From contig OZ242260.1 in the NCBI GenBank assembly GCA_965207065.1, positions 3,392,001-3,456,000 of the forward strand: a stretch of 64,000 nucleotides of DNA. The letters run 5' to 3'. The position numbers and the translations under genes were made by a program. This DNA comes from a bacterium. Its GTDB lineage: Bacteria > UBA8248. The notes below the pieces were generated by a model. The model was given only the letters and a program-made list of their open reading frames with translations. It made no database searches and was not told the origin of the DNA. Below, piece after piece: positions 1 through 9,401 of this stretch. How positions within the stretch are numbered: position 1 is the first letter of the stretch; the number at the start of each line of letters is the position of its first letter.

Positions 1-1
1 G

Positions 2-955
2 GTGAAGAAACTCACCCCGCAGGCGCGTGCCGAGAAAATTCAGCGCGAGAAGATGCGGGCGCTCTCCGAATTCGACGCTATGCTCAAAAGAGGAGAGTGG
101 GGGGTCGTCTTCCAGAGGCTGCCGGAATGGTCGGCGACGCTCGCGGAATCGCCGTGTATCACTCCCGCGCAACTAGCGAAGAAAGAAGAGGCCGGGGCGG
201 TGAGTAAAAAGTCGGACGAGCGGAAAGCGCCTGGGGGTTTGAATGATGCTGACGCCGCACCACCGGAGGAGGAAGCTTCTAGTAACGCGGAAGATGCCAA
301 AACCGCACCCTGGAAAAAATTGGTCAAGGGTCTCGATGTGCTTTTGGATAAATCTGAAAAAGACGCGGGCGGGACGGAAATCGCGAAACTCGACGGCCTG
401 CGCAAAAGACAGGAAAACCTGCGCAAGCGGTTGGGCGTTTTCGAGGGGCACCTGCGCCGAATGATGCAGGTGTACCCTTTCATCAACCCGAGCATCCTGC
501 GCAGAATCGCCGAGGCGGGAGAGGCGATGAAAGAGGCCACGGCTTCTTTGGCGAAGCGCAGGTCTTCCCGTGCGGTGCCCCCCGAGGAGGAGGCGATACG
601 CAAGCTCGCCGAGGGGCAGAACTCCATGCAGCAGGCCATGCAGCAGATGGCCCAGCGCGGCAACGTGGGTCTGGGCACGCCCAGGGGGTTCGGCGCTTTG
701 GGGCCGGGCAGGGGCGGACAGCGGCCCTGGTGGTCCAGAAATCCGAATTTCCCCCAGCCGCGCGGCTCCAATGATCGGGGAAGGGAGGAGGACGGCAATC
801 TCGGCACGCAGTTCAGCGAGGTGCTCATACCTGATCGGGAGCAATACAAGGTGCCCGCCAAATACAGGGAAGAGATTATGGAAGCCATGAAAGACGGCCT
901 CCCTAAGGGGATGCGCGGCGAGATAGAAGACTATTTTGACAGGTTGACGAAATAA
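2..955 (+). CDS. C-terminal part of a large coiled-coil protein (DUF4175-like), probably truncated by the window start
   Basis: Helical Gln/Met/Ala-rich repeats, Gly-rich tail and terminal 'EIEDYFDRL' motif typical of MoxR/Bat-associated coiled-coil proteins; stop overlaps the next start. Confidence 0.55.
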   Translation: MKKLTPQARAEKIQREKMRALSEFDAMLKRGEWGVVFQRLPEWSATLAESPCITPAQLAKKEEAGAVSKKSDERKAPGGLNDADAAPPEEEASSNAEDAKTAPWKKLVKGLDVLLDKSEKDAGGTEIAKLDGLRKRQENLRKRLGVFEGHLRRMMQVYPFINPSILRRIAEAGEAMKEATASLAKRRSSRAVPPEEEAIRKLAEGQNSMQQAMQQMAQRGNVGLGTPRGFGALGPGRGGQRPWWSRNPNFPQPRGSNDRGREEDGNLGTQFSEVLIPDREQYKVPAKYREEIMEAMKDGLPKGMRGEIEDYFDRLTK

Positions 956-2673
956 TGCCGAAAAAACTCCTCGCAATCTTCATTTGCGCTTTCGGGGTCG
1001 CGGTCTTCACGCCACCCGCATGGGCGCATACCGTCAACCGCGCGGTGCCTCTCTCCCAGGCCGTGGCGCGGCCCGATGGTTACCGCGCGGTGGTGGACGA
1101 GCTGCGTGCGTGGAATCTCACAGCCGCCAGGGAAAAGATCAAAGCGCTCGAGACCAAGGCTCCCGACTTGGCGGAATGGCTGGCGCTCTCGGGGGCTGCG
1201 GATTACCTGGAGGGCAAATATGCCGAGTCGCTCGCCAATCTCAACGCGGCCCTCAAAAAACGCCCGGGGGACAGTGAATGGCTCGAACTGAGGCTTCACG
1301 TGCGCCAGACGCAATCGGCGCTGAAAGGCTTCAAGTCATATAAGACGAAGCATTTCGACATCTGGTACGAACCGGGAGAAGACGCCGTATTACTGCCTTA
1401 CCTGGGCGATGCGCTGGAGAAGGCCTATGTGCGCTATGGCGAGGTATTGGGCGTGCGGCCCGCGCAGCGAATTCGTGTGGAGCTTTTTTCCGACACGGTC
1501 CGCTTTCACCGCTCATCCACGCTTTCGAGGCGCGACATCGAAGAGAAAGGCGCGGTCGGGGTCTGCAAGTTCAACAAGGTGATGTTTCTATCCCCGGGCG
1601 CGCTCCTTCGGGGCTATCGCTGGCTCGATACCGCAGCGCACGAATACGTCCACTACATCATCGTGCTGGCGACGAAGAATCGCGCCCCCATCTGGCTGCA
1701 CGAAGGCATCGCCAAGTATCTGGAAAAAAAATGGCGGAGCCAGGAAGCCGGCTTCCTGCACCCGGGCGAAGAAGCCTTGCTGTACAATGCGAGAAAAGAT
1801 AATGACTACGTTCCGTTCAAGAAAATGGAGCCGAGTCTCATCTACCTCGACACGCCGCAGCAGATACACCTCGCCTACGCGGAAGCGGCTTCAGCCGTGG
1901 ATTTCATCAACCGGAAAATGGGTGAGGGTGCGCTCGTTCGCCTGCTGGCGGGCATACGGGATGCGCCGCCGGCGCAAAGGCCGCAAGGAGCGCCTGCGCT
2001 CGGTGAGGAGAACCCCGGGATGCGTCATCAAAGACGGGCGAGCCTTGTTGAACTCGAATCCACCGGTCCACCCCAGAGTGCTGAGCCCGGGCTTCGCCTC
2101 CTCGCCGGAGTCGACCTGGGCGGGTTCGAGAGGCTCTGGATAGAGGATCTGAAAAAACTCCCCCTTCGAGAGCACGCGGGATCTCAGGTATCCCTGCCGA
2201 AGCTGAAACCGAAAGGGCCGATGGGCGAGCGCTCGATTGACTTGGCCGCGCTCAAGAACGAGGTGGCCAGAAGGCGCATGCGATTGGGCGACAGGCTCTC
2301 GTTCCGCGGAAGGATGCGCGCGGCGCTCATCGAGTATCGCCGCGCCCTTCGTGATGAGCCGAATTCCCAGCCCCTGCTCAACCGCGCTGCCCAGATCGAG
2401 ATACAACTGGGCATGATTCCCCAGGCGGAGCGCCACATTAAAAAAGCGCTGGAGGTGGACCCGGACTATGCGATGACGCACGTGCATCAGGCGCTGGCGA
2501 GCGAGATGGGCGGAAGGCCCGAGCGCGCCCTCATGGCGTGGGAGGAAGTGTTGCAGATCAATCCATTTATTCGAGTGGTTCATGAGCGCCTGCTGGCGCA
2601 TTACGAAAGAACGGGCGAGGCGGAAAAAGCGAAGCGAGAGCGTGAAGCCATACGCCTCATGTCTACCCGTTGA
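955..2673 (+). CDS. Secreted TPR-containing zinc metallopeptidase (peptidase MA-like)
   Basis: Signal peptide (AWA), HEYVH zinc motif followed by PIWLHEGIA, TPR-like repeats at both ends. Confidence 0.8.
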   Translation: MPKKLLAIFICAFGVAVFTPPAWAHTVNRAVPLSQAVARPDGYRAVVDELRAWNLTAAREKIKALETKAPDLAEWLALSGAADYLEGKYAESLANLNAALKKRPGDSEWLELRLHVRQTQSALKGFKSYKTKHFDIWYEPGEDAVLLPYLGDALEKAYVRYGEVLGVRPAQRIRVELFSDTVRFHRSSTLSRRDIEEKGAVGVCKFNKVMFLSPGALLRGYRWLDTAAHEYVHYIIVLATKNRAPIWLHEGIAKYLEKKWRSQEAGFLHPGEEALLYNARKDNDYVPFKKMEPSLIYLDTPQQIHLAYAEAASAVDFINRKMGEGALVRLLAGIRDAPPAQRPQGAPALGEENPGMRHQRRASLVELESTGPPQSAEPGLRLLAGVDLGGFERLWIEDLKKLPLREHAGSQVSLPKLKPKGPMGERSIDLAALKNEVARRRMRLGDRLSFRGRMRAALIEYRRALRDEPNSQPLLNRAAQIEIQLGMIPQAERHIKKALEVDPDYAMTHVHQALASEMGGRPERALMAWEEVLQINPFIRVVHERLLAHYERTGEAEKAKREREAIRLMSTR

Positions 2674-2694
2674 TCCCATCGAGAGGCGATACGA

Positions 2695-3747
2695 ATGGAC
2701 GACGTAACAAGCAGTGTGGGAAACGAAGAGTCGAGCATGAACGAGGTGGATGTGGAAATAGCGCGCGAGATAGGCGTGAAGCGCGACGCCATTCTCGAAC
2801 AGGTGCACAAGATCATCGTCGGCCAGGCGGAGGTCATCGATCTGGTGCTGATAGCCCTGCTCTCGAAAGGCCACTGTCTGCTGGTCGGCGTGCCGGGTCT
2901 GGCGAAAACCCTGCTCATACGCACCCTGGCCCGCGTGTTGCAACTCGACTTCAACCGCATCCAGTTCACGCCCGATTTGATGCCGTCGGACATCACGGGC
3001 ACGGACATACTGGACGACACCATGGAGGGGAGGCGCTCGTTCCGCTTCATTCGCGGACCCATCTTCACGCAGATTCTGCTGGCGGATGAGATCAACCGCA
3101 CTTCACCCAAAACGCAGGCGGCTCTTCTGCAGGCCATGCAGGAGTTGCACGTGACGGCCGGTGGACAGGCGCACTATCTGAACCCGCCGTTTTTCGTCCT
3201 GGCGACCCAGAATCCCGTGGAGCAGGAGGGCACCTACCCGCTGCCCGAAGCGCAATTGGACAGGTTCATGTTCGAGATCGGGGTATCATACCCGAGTCTG
3301 GCGGAGGAGAAGGAAATCGTCGCGCAGACGACCTCGAACTACGACCCCAAGCTCGAAGAGATTATGGACAACGACCAGATACTGGCGTTCCAGGAACTGG
3401 TGCGCCGTGTGCCGGCGGCTCCCTACGTGGTGGAATACGCGGTGTCGCTCGCGCGCGCATCCCGCCCCGACGATGAGAGTGCTCCTGATTTCGTTCGCCA
3501 ATACGTGGAGTGGGGTGCGGGGCCGCGGGCGAGCCAATACCTGATACTGGGAGCGCGGGCGCGGGCGCTGCTCCGGGGACGCTACGCCGCCACCATCGAG
3601 GACGTGCGGGCGCTGTCCGAACCCGTTCTGCGGCACCGGATTCTGGTGAACTTCCGGGGCCAGGCGGAAGGCCACGACTCCGTGTCCCTGATACGGCAAA
3701 TACTCGAAACCATCGCGCCCCCGGCGGAGGCTACCGAAGCCGCGTAA
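2695..3747 (+). CDS. moxR: MoxR family AAA+ ATPase
   Basis: GVPGLAKT Walker [40 protein letters not shown]. Confidence 0.95.
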   Translation: MDDVTSSVGNEESSMNEVDVEIAREIGVKRDAILEQVHKIIVGQAEVIDLVLIALLSKGHCLLVGVPGLAKTLLIRTLARVLQLDFNRIQFTPDLMPSDITGTDILDDTMEGRRSFRFIRGPIFTQILLADEINRTSPKTQAALLQAMQELHVTAGGQAHYLNPPFFVLATQNPVEQEGTYPLPEAQLDRFMFEIGVSYPSLAEEKEIVAQTTSNYDPKLEEIMDNDQILAFQELVRRVPAAPYVVEYAVSLARASRPDDESAPDFVRQYVEWGAGPRASQYLILGARARALLRGRYAATIEDVRALSEPVLRHRILVNFRGQAEGHDSVSLIRQILETIAPPAEATEAA

Positions 3748-3770
3748 ACGGCTGCTCAAAGGGAATCGGC

Positions 3771-4664
3771 TTGAACACGGATCAGTATTTCGACCCCCTC
3801 GTCATCTCACGATTGTCCAATCTCCAGCTACGCGCCCGTCACGTGGTCGAAGGCCTGATGAGCGGCGTGCACAGAAGCCGCTCGCGGGGATTCAGCGTCG
3901 ATTTCGAGGAACACAGGGCGTACAGCCCGGGTGACGAGCTCCGTCACATCGACTGGAAGGCTTATGGAAAATTCGACCGCTACCTCGTGAAGCAATATGA
4001 GGACGAGACGAACCTCTACGCGCATCTCGTCGTCGACGCCAGCGCCTCGATGGATTTCGGCGACGGGCCCCTGAGCAAGTATGCGTATGCGGCCACGCTC
4101 TCCTCGGCGATGGCGCATTTGCTGCTGGGCCAGTCCGATTCGGTGGGTCTGGTGGTTTCCCATGAATTCGAAGACATGCAGGTTCCGCCCAAATCCATTA
4201 GAAAACACTTGCTGACCCTGTTGGCGGGCCTTCAGGCGGCAACGCCAAGCGGGGGAACCGGTATCGCCCGTTCGATGCTTGCCGTGGCGGAGCGCTTGAA
4301 GCGAAGGGGACTCGTCATCATCGTTTCCGATTTGCTCGATGATCCCGAAGCCGTGGAAAAAGCGCTCAAACTGCTTTGTCTCAAGGGAAACGACGTCATC
4401 GTCTTCCATATTCTCGACAGCGTGGAGCTCGAGTTTCCCTTCGAAGGACTCGCCAGGATGGACGATGTCGAGACTGACAGGAACATTACGGTGGAATGTG
4501 AGGTGGTAAAGAGGCCCTATCTCGGTCTGTTGGAAGAGTTTTTAGAGCAAACGCGCGAGCGGTGTGCGGACCTGGGCGTGGATTATCATCTCGTCTCGAC
4601 GGCCGAGCCGCTGGACAGGGGCCTCATCCGCTTTCTGGCGTGGCGCAGCCGCTCGAGGGTATAG
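3771..4664 (+). CDS. DUF58 domain protein (MoxR partner)
   Basis: G.HRS..RGFSVDFEEHRAYSPGDELRHIDWK and VDASASM motifs; TTG start at 3771 inferred. Confidence 0.9.
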   Translation: MNTDQYFDPLVISRLSNLQLRARHVVEGLMSGVHRSRSRGFSVDFEEHRAYSPGDELRHIDWKAYGKFDRYLVKQYEDETNLYAHLVVDASASMDFGDGPLSKYAYAATLSSAMAHLLLGQSDSVGLVVSHEFEDMQVPPKSIRKHLLTLLAGLQAATPSGGTGIARSMLAVAERLKRRGLVIIVSDLLDDPEAVEKALKLLCLKGNDVIVFHILDSVELEFPFEGLARMDDVETDRNITVECEVVKRPYLGLLEEFLEQTRERCADLGVDYHLVSTAEPLDRGLIRFLAWRSRSRV

Positions 4665-4688
4665 CGGGGCGTTTGAGGAGAAGGAATC

Positions 4689-6821
4689 TTGAGTTTCCAG
4701 TTTTTGCACGGCGCGCTTCTTTGGGGGATGGGCCTCGTTTTTCTGCCCATCCTGATTCACCTGCTGAGGAGGCGCCTCGTCCGCAGGCATCGGCTCCCCA
4801 CTTTCGAGTTCCTGCTCAGAACGCAGCGCCGCATCACGAATCGCAGCAGGCTCAGGAACTGGATACTCCTGTTTCTGCGCTTATGCGCCGTGGGGCTCAT
4901 CATCTTCCTGGCGTCGCGCCCTCTTCTGGAAACCGAAGGCGGCGTGGCGGGTGTCGGATGGTTTCCCGCCCATACCGTCGCCGTAATCGATAATTCGGCG
5001 AGCATGGCGTTTCAGACCGAGAAGGGCAGTCGTTTCGACGTAACCAAACGCGCCGTGAGGCGGATGATCGAGGACATGTCCGATGCGGATCGTATGAGCA
5101 TCACGACGACCGTCGGAGAATCGGCCGCCGCTCCACTCAAGGAATTGAAGCGCAAGGATGCTTTCGCGGCCCTGGAGCAGGTGCACCAGACCGACGGCAA
5201 GGGTGCGCCCGCCCGCGTCGTCCAGCATGCGCTCGAGAACGCATCGCCCAAGGCGGGACGGAGAAACATCGTTGTTTTCAGCGATTTCGCCCGTGGCGAT
5301 TGGGAGTCGTTTCAGATTCGCAACCTCAAGCAATGGAATCCGCACGTGCATCTGCAATTCGTGCGCGTGGCCCCCGAGGCGGGGGTGGAGGATTTAAGCT
5401 TCCGGGACGTCAAGATGAAGCCGTGGCCGCCCAAAGCGGGTTTTTCCTTCACCATCGGTGCGCGTGTCTTCAATCGGGGAGAAGAGAAGAAATCCAAAGT
5501 ACCCGTGAAGTTGTACGTGGGCGAAGAACTGCAGGAAACGATAGAAGTTGACCTCGATCCGAACGGGGCGAGCCCGGTGAGTTTCCGGGTGAACGCGCCT
5601 GAGAAGGGCGTGCTCTATGGGCGACTCGAGTTGCCTGAGGACAACCTCTCGACGACGAACCGGTTCTACTTCGCGGCAGGCATCGGAAAGCGCCTGCGCG
5701 CGCTGGTCATCGACGGGGACCCGAAACGCGGGATCCAGGACAGCGAGACCTTTTTCGTCGTCAACGCCCTGAGCGCGGCTCCTCTGGGCGGAGAATCCCC
5801 GGTACTCACGCACGTCGTGGCGTCTTATGAACTGAATAAAGTAGGTTGGGATGAATACGACTACGTCATCGCCTGCAACCTGGGTCGCTGGCCCGCGCAG
5901 GCAAAGCAACAGCTTAGGAGTTTCGTCGAAAAAGGCGGTGGGCTTTTCTGGGCCACTGGAGAGTTGTCGAGTGAAAAGTCCGCAGGACTCGGCTGGCTGC
6001 CGGGCACGACAAGAGGACCCGTAACGCTGCGCCCGTCCCGAAGCCTCAAGATTGCACAGGGGGAAGGAGCGCATCCGGTTTTTTCTTTCCTGGGGACGAG
6101 CGGCGGGCGGTTTTTCTCCGCTTTGCGCCTGGCCCGGATCACGCCGCTTGAGCCGGCGAGAGGCGGACGGACTTTACTGGAGCTTCCAGACGACACTCCA
6201 GTCCTGGTGGTTGGCTCGGTAGGAGCGGGGCGAGTGCTGGTGTGGGGATCAACCTGCGATCGGGACTGGACGGACCTCGCCGTGCGGCCCGTTTTCGTCC
6301 CCTTCATGAGGGGAGTCTCGGACTTTCTGGGAGGCAGTCGAAAGGGGGTGTCTTCATCCGCAGATGCAGGCGACGCGTTCGAAATCAGGGCGCCCATCCG
6401 GCGGGTCGGTGAGGCGATACAGATACGCGGGCCGGCTCAGGAAGAGCGCGCGATTCAATTTATGGAAAAAACACCGGGTCCCGAATCCGCCCGAGCCGAT
6501 GGGCTCAGGCTGGGCAAGTCGGGAGGCGGCGCCGCAGTCGCTTACTACCGGGGTGCCGACCGCGCAGGATTTTATCGCGTGCTCACGCCCGATGAAAAAC
6601 ATTTCGTGGCCGTGAACGCACCCGCTTCCGAGTCTAAAATCTCCCCCGTGGAGATGAGTACTTTCAAGGAAAAACTCGAGAAACTCGACGTGCGCGATTT
6701 GCCTGCGAACGACTCGGACCCGTTGCGTTCTATTTTAAGCCTCATTGACCTAGGAGTGCTTCTGTTTCTCGCGCTGGGAGGGATATTCGTCGCCGAGGCC
6801 TTCCTGGCGGACAGGACCTGA
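4689..6821 (+). CDS. BatA N-terminal domain / VWA membrane protein
   Basis: N-terminal LPILIHLL double transmembrane segment, DNSASM MIDAS motif, GATase1-like region, C-terminal TM helix. Confidence 0.85.
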   Translation: MSFQFLHGALLWGMGLVFLPILIHLLRRRLVRRHRLPTFEFLLRTQRRITNRSRLRNWILLFLRLCAVGLIIFLASRPLLETEGGVAGVGWFPAHTVAVIDNSASMAFQTEKGSRFDVTKRAVRRMIEDMSDADRMSITTTVGESAAAPLKELKRKDAFAALEQVHQTDGKGAPARVVQHALENASPKAGRRNIVVFSDFARGDWESFQIRNLKQWNPHVHLQFVRVAPEAGVEDLSFRDVKMKPWPPKAGFSFTIGARVFNRGEEKKSKVPVKLYVGEELQETIEVDLDPNGASPVSFRVNAPEKGVLYGRLELPEDNLSTTNRFYFAAGIGKRLRALVIDGDPKRGIQDSETFFVVNALSAAPLGGESPVLTHVVASYELNKVGWDEYDYVIACNLGRWPAQAKQQLRSFVEKGGGLFWATGELSSEKSAGLGWLPGTTRGPVTLRPSRSLKIAQGEGAHPVFSFLGTSGGRFFSALRLARITPLEPARGGRTLLELPDDTPVLVVGSVGAGRVLVWGSTCDRDWTDLAVRPVFVPFMRGVSDFLGGSRKGVSSSADAGDAFEIRAPIRRVGEAIQIRGPAQEERAIQFMEKTPGPESARADGLRLGKSGGGAAVAYYRGADRAGFYRVLTPDEKHFVAVNAPASESKISPVEMSTFKEKLEKLDVRDLPANDSDPLRSILSLIDLGVLLFLALGGIFVAEAFLADRT

Positions 6822-6894
6822 ATACGCGGAAATTTTAAGCGATTTAACTCAGCAGGATTGAATCGTTTCGTCCGTTGGACTTGCGTGGCCCCGT

Positions 6895-6925
6895 GCCGCT
6901 CCACCCCAATACGGGGCGGAGCGGC
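6895..6925. other. GC-rich hairpin downstream of the Bat-like operon (possible terminator or stabiliser)
   Basis: gccgctcc-a-cccc-aatac-gggg-c-ggagcggc stem; no U-tract. Confidence 0.4.
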
Positions 6926-7073
6926 TCGGGCGGACGGGACCACTGGAACTTATCCTTGGAACAACATGATTTTGAAGGCGATACACCGCCTGCCTCTCAA
7001 TACCCTATTTTCACATAAAGATGGGCATGGTATCAAGTGGAAAATGCTATGCGAGCGCAGTAGCCACTTTTTC

Positions 7074-7085
7074 ATAAGCGCTTAT
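7074..7085. promoter_or_regulatory. Palindromic operator candidate (LacI-like core)
   Basis: Perfect palindrome ATAAGCGCTTAT in the AT-rich region upstream of the catabolic cluster. Confidence 0.35.
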
Positions 7086-7154
7086 ATGCTGTTATATTGA
7101 GTAACCTCTCGAAAATGATGGTTAAATTATTGATATTTGGAGATTAACTTCGCT

Positions 7155-7991
7155 ATGAACCTATCCCGGGATGAAATCGTGACTCGTTTGCGTGCCGAGA
7201 GGGACGCTGGACGCTCCGTTTACGACGCGCTTTGCGGAAGCGGTATTACGGCGAAATTCGCGGCGCGCGGCGGAGCGGACCTCGTGACCACCTTCAATCT
7301 CGCCTACTACCGGATGCAGGGGTTAAGCTCGATGGCTGGTTATCTGCCCATCGGAGACGCGAACGCCATCACGCTCGAACTGGGTGAGCGCTCCATCTTG
7401 AGCGTGGTGCGGGATTGCCCCGTCATCGCGGGCCTTCTGGGCGCGGACCCAACGAGGAACATGTCCAGGTTCGTGGACAGAATCGAGGCGGCGGGCTTCC
7501 ACGGGGTGATGAACTGCCCCACCGTCGCCCTCATTGACGGGGATTTCAGAAAAGATTTAGAAGAAACCGGCATGGGTTTCTCAAAAGAAGTGGATGTGCT
7601 GGGATACGCGAGCCGCAAGGGCCTGTTCACCAAAGCCTTCACGACCACGCCGGAAGAAGCCCTCGCCATGGCGGAAGCGGGCGTGGACAACATTATCATC
7701 CACTTCGGGAACAGCTCGGGCGGCTCCATCGGTTCGAAGACGGTGATGCCGCTCGAACAAGCCGCTCAAAGGGCGGTGGCCATCTTCGACGCACTTTTGC
7801 CGAGATATGAAGAGAGAATCTTCACCTGTCATGGAGGCGCGATTGAGACACCTGCCGACTTCGAGAAACTGCTCGACATGGAGAGCCGCTTCGACGGCTA
7901 TGTCGGAGGCTCCTCGGCCGAGCGTTTTCCGGTGGAGGATGCGGTTCCGAAGGCGGCGCAGGGTTTCAAGTCGGTACGGCTTCGTAAATAG
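7155..7991 (+). CDS. Phosphoenolpyruvate hydrolase-like TIM-barrel protein
   Basis: GSGITAKFAARGGADL, GYLPIGDAN, N.PTVALIDG.FR..LEETGMGF..EV, CHGG, GGSSAERFP; adjacent to its usual Tm-1-like partner. Confidence 0.9.
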   Translation: MNLSRDEIVTRLRAERDAGRSVYDALCGSGITAKFAARGGADLVTTFNLAYYRMQGLSSMAGYLPIGDANAITLELGERSILSVVRDCPVIAGLLGADPTRNMSRFVDRIEAAGFHGVMNCPTVALIDGDFRKDLEETGMGFSKEVDVLGYASRKGLFTKAFTTTPEEALAMAEAGVDNIIIHFGNSSGGSIGSKTVMPLEQAAQRAVAIFDALLPRYEERIFTCHGGAIETPADFEKLLDMESRFDGYVGGSSAERFPVEDAVPKAAQGFKSVRLRK

Positions 7992-8050
7992 GCCGAAGCG
8001 CGTCTTGCCAGCGATATTTTTTGAAAACCAATTTGTCAGGTAAGGGGAAT

Positions 8051-9298
8051 ATGTCGATTCCGGGTGTAGCCATATTGGTGACGATGGACAGCAAGGGTGC
8101 GGAGGCGCGCTTTCTGGCGGACTCGCTCGCAGAATCAAATGTAGATTCCGTCCTGGTGGATCTGTCCTGCAGGCCGCACGAGGCGGGCGGCGCGGACGTC
8201 ACTGGAACGGAGGTGGCTGCCGCGGCGGGGCGGAGCTGGGAAGACTTGGCCGGAATGGAGCGAAACGCCGCCTCGGAAATCATGATGGAAGGCGGAAAGC
8301 GGGTTGTGGTCAATAAGTTTCGTGCTGGTGAGATAGGGGGCGCGGTCGGACTCGGCGGGGCGAACGGCACCTCGATGGCCTGCGCCATCATGCGCGCGCT
8401 GCCGCCCCTCGCGCCCAAGGTGATGGTGAGCGTTGTCGCCGCCACGGCGGCCGTGCAGTGGTATGTGGCCGAGAGCGACATCATCATGTTCCCCTCCATC
8501 GGCGATATATCCCTGAACCGCATCACGCGCGGGGTATTGAAAAACGCCGCTCTCGCCCTGGCAGGCATGGTGAAGCGAGAGGACGCATCGGGAGAAAGCG
8601 ATAGCAACGCACCACCCCTCATCGGGGTGTCGTCCTTCGGCGGTACGGCGGCGTGTATCGAGCGTGTAGAGAGAAGGCTTACCGAGGCGGGCTATGAAGT
8701 CATTTTCTTTCATGCTTCCGGCCCCGGCGGGCGCGCGCTGGAGTCCCTCGCCGGTCTGGGCGAGTTGGCCGGTGTGGTGGACGTCACCACGCACGAATTA
8801 ACGGACCTGCTTGTGGACGGCGTTTACAGCGCGGGTGCCGCGAGGCTCGAGGCGGCGGGTGCTGCGGGCATCCCACAGGTCGTAGTGCCGGGCGCGCTCG
8901 ATCACGCGAATTTCTGGACGGGACATGTGCCCGAGAAATATCAAAGCAGGGCGTTTTTCCAGTACAACGCCCAGAACCTCCTCATGCGCACCAACAAGGA
9001 GGAATTCGAGGCGCTCGGCGTCCTGATGGCGGAAAAGCTCAACCGCGCTAGGGGGCCTTTATCCGTACTGATACCCACGCGAGGTTACAGCGAGCATACG
9101 AAACGCAAGGCCCACGACCTGGAAGGACGCGAGGTGGGCGATTGGCGCCAGCCCGAGGTGGACGCCGCCTTTACGGTCTCGCTCCGGGAGCACCTGAAGA
9201 CGGGGGAGATCGTCGCGCTCGATCTGCACATCAACGACCCGTCCTTCGCCGATGCGTGCGCGGACAAGATGATCGAGATGCTTGCGCGGAGCGCATAA
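8051..9298 (+). CDS. Tm-1-like ATP-binding domain protein (UPF0261)
   Basis: TMDSKGAE, GLGGANGT..MRALP..PKVMVS, FHASGPGG, DVTTHEL, PGALD, HINDP.FA. Confidence 0.9.
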   Translation: MSIPGVAILVTMDSKGAEARFLADSLAESNVDSVLVDLSCRPHEAGGADVTGTEVAAAAGRSWEDLAGMERNAASEIMMEGGKRVVVNKFRAGEIGGAVGLGGANGTSMACAIMRALPPLAPKVMVSVVAATAAVQWYVAESDIIMFPSIGDISLNRITRGVLKNAALALAGMVKREDASGESDSNAPPLIGVSSFGGTAACIERVERRLTEAGYEVIFFHASGPGGRALESLAGLGELAGVVDVTTHELTDLLVDGVYSAGAARLEAAGAAGIPQVVVPGALDHANFWTGHVPEKYQSRAFFQYNAQNLLMRTNKEEFEALGVLMAEKLNRARGPLSVLIPTRGYSEHTKRKAHDLEGREVGDWRQPEVDAAFTVSLREHLKTGEIVALDLHINDPSFADACADKMIEMLARSA

Positions 9299-9401
9299 GC
9301 CGGGGCGGTCTCTTGCGGGGAGTCTTTTGCTCTCAAATGTTTTAAGATGCGTCCGTAAATCTTGATTCTTTTCAAATGATAGGCTCGAAAGGACGATTCA
9401 G

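Noticed and set aside
7091-7115. GlnR-like box GTTAT-N5-GTAAC-N5-GAAAA upstream of the TIM-barrel cluster
   Set aside because: Spacing is 5 rather than 6 nt and the region is AT-rich, so chance is likely.
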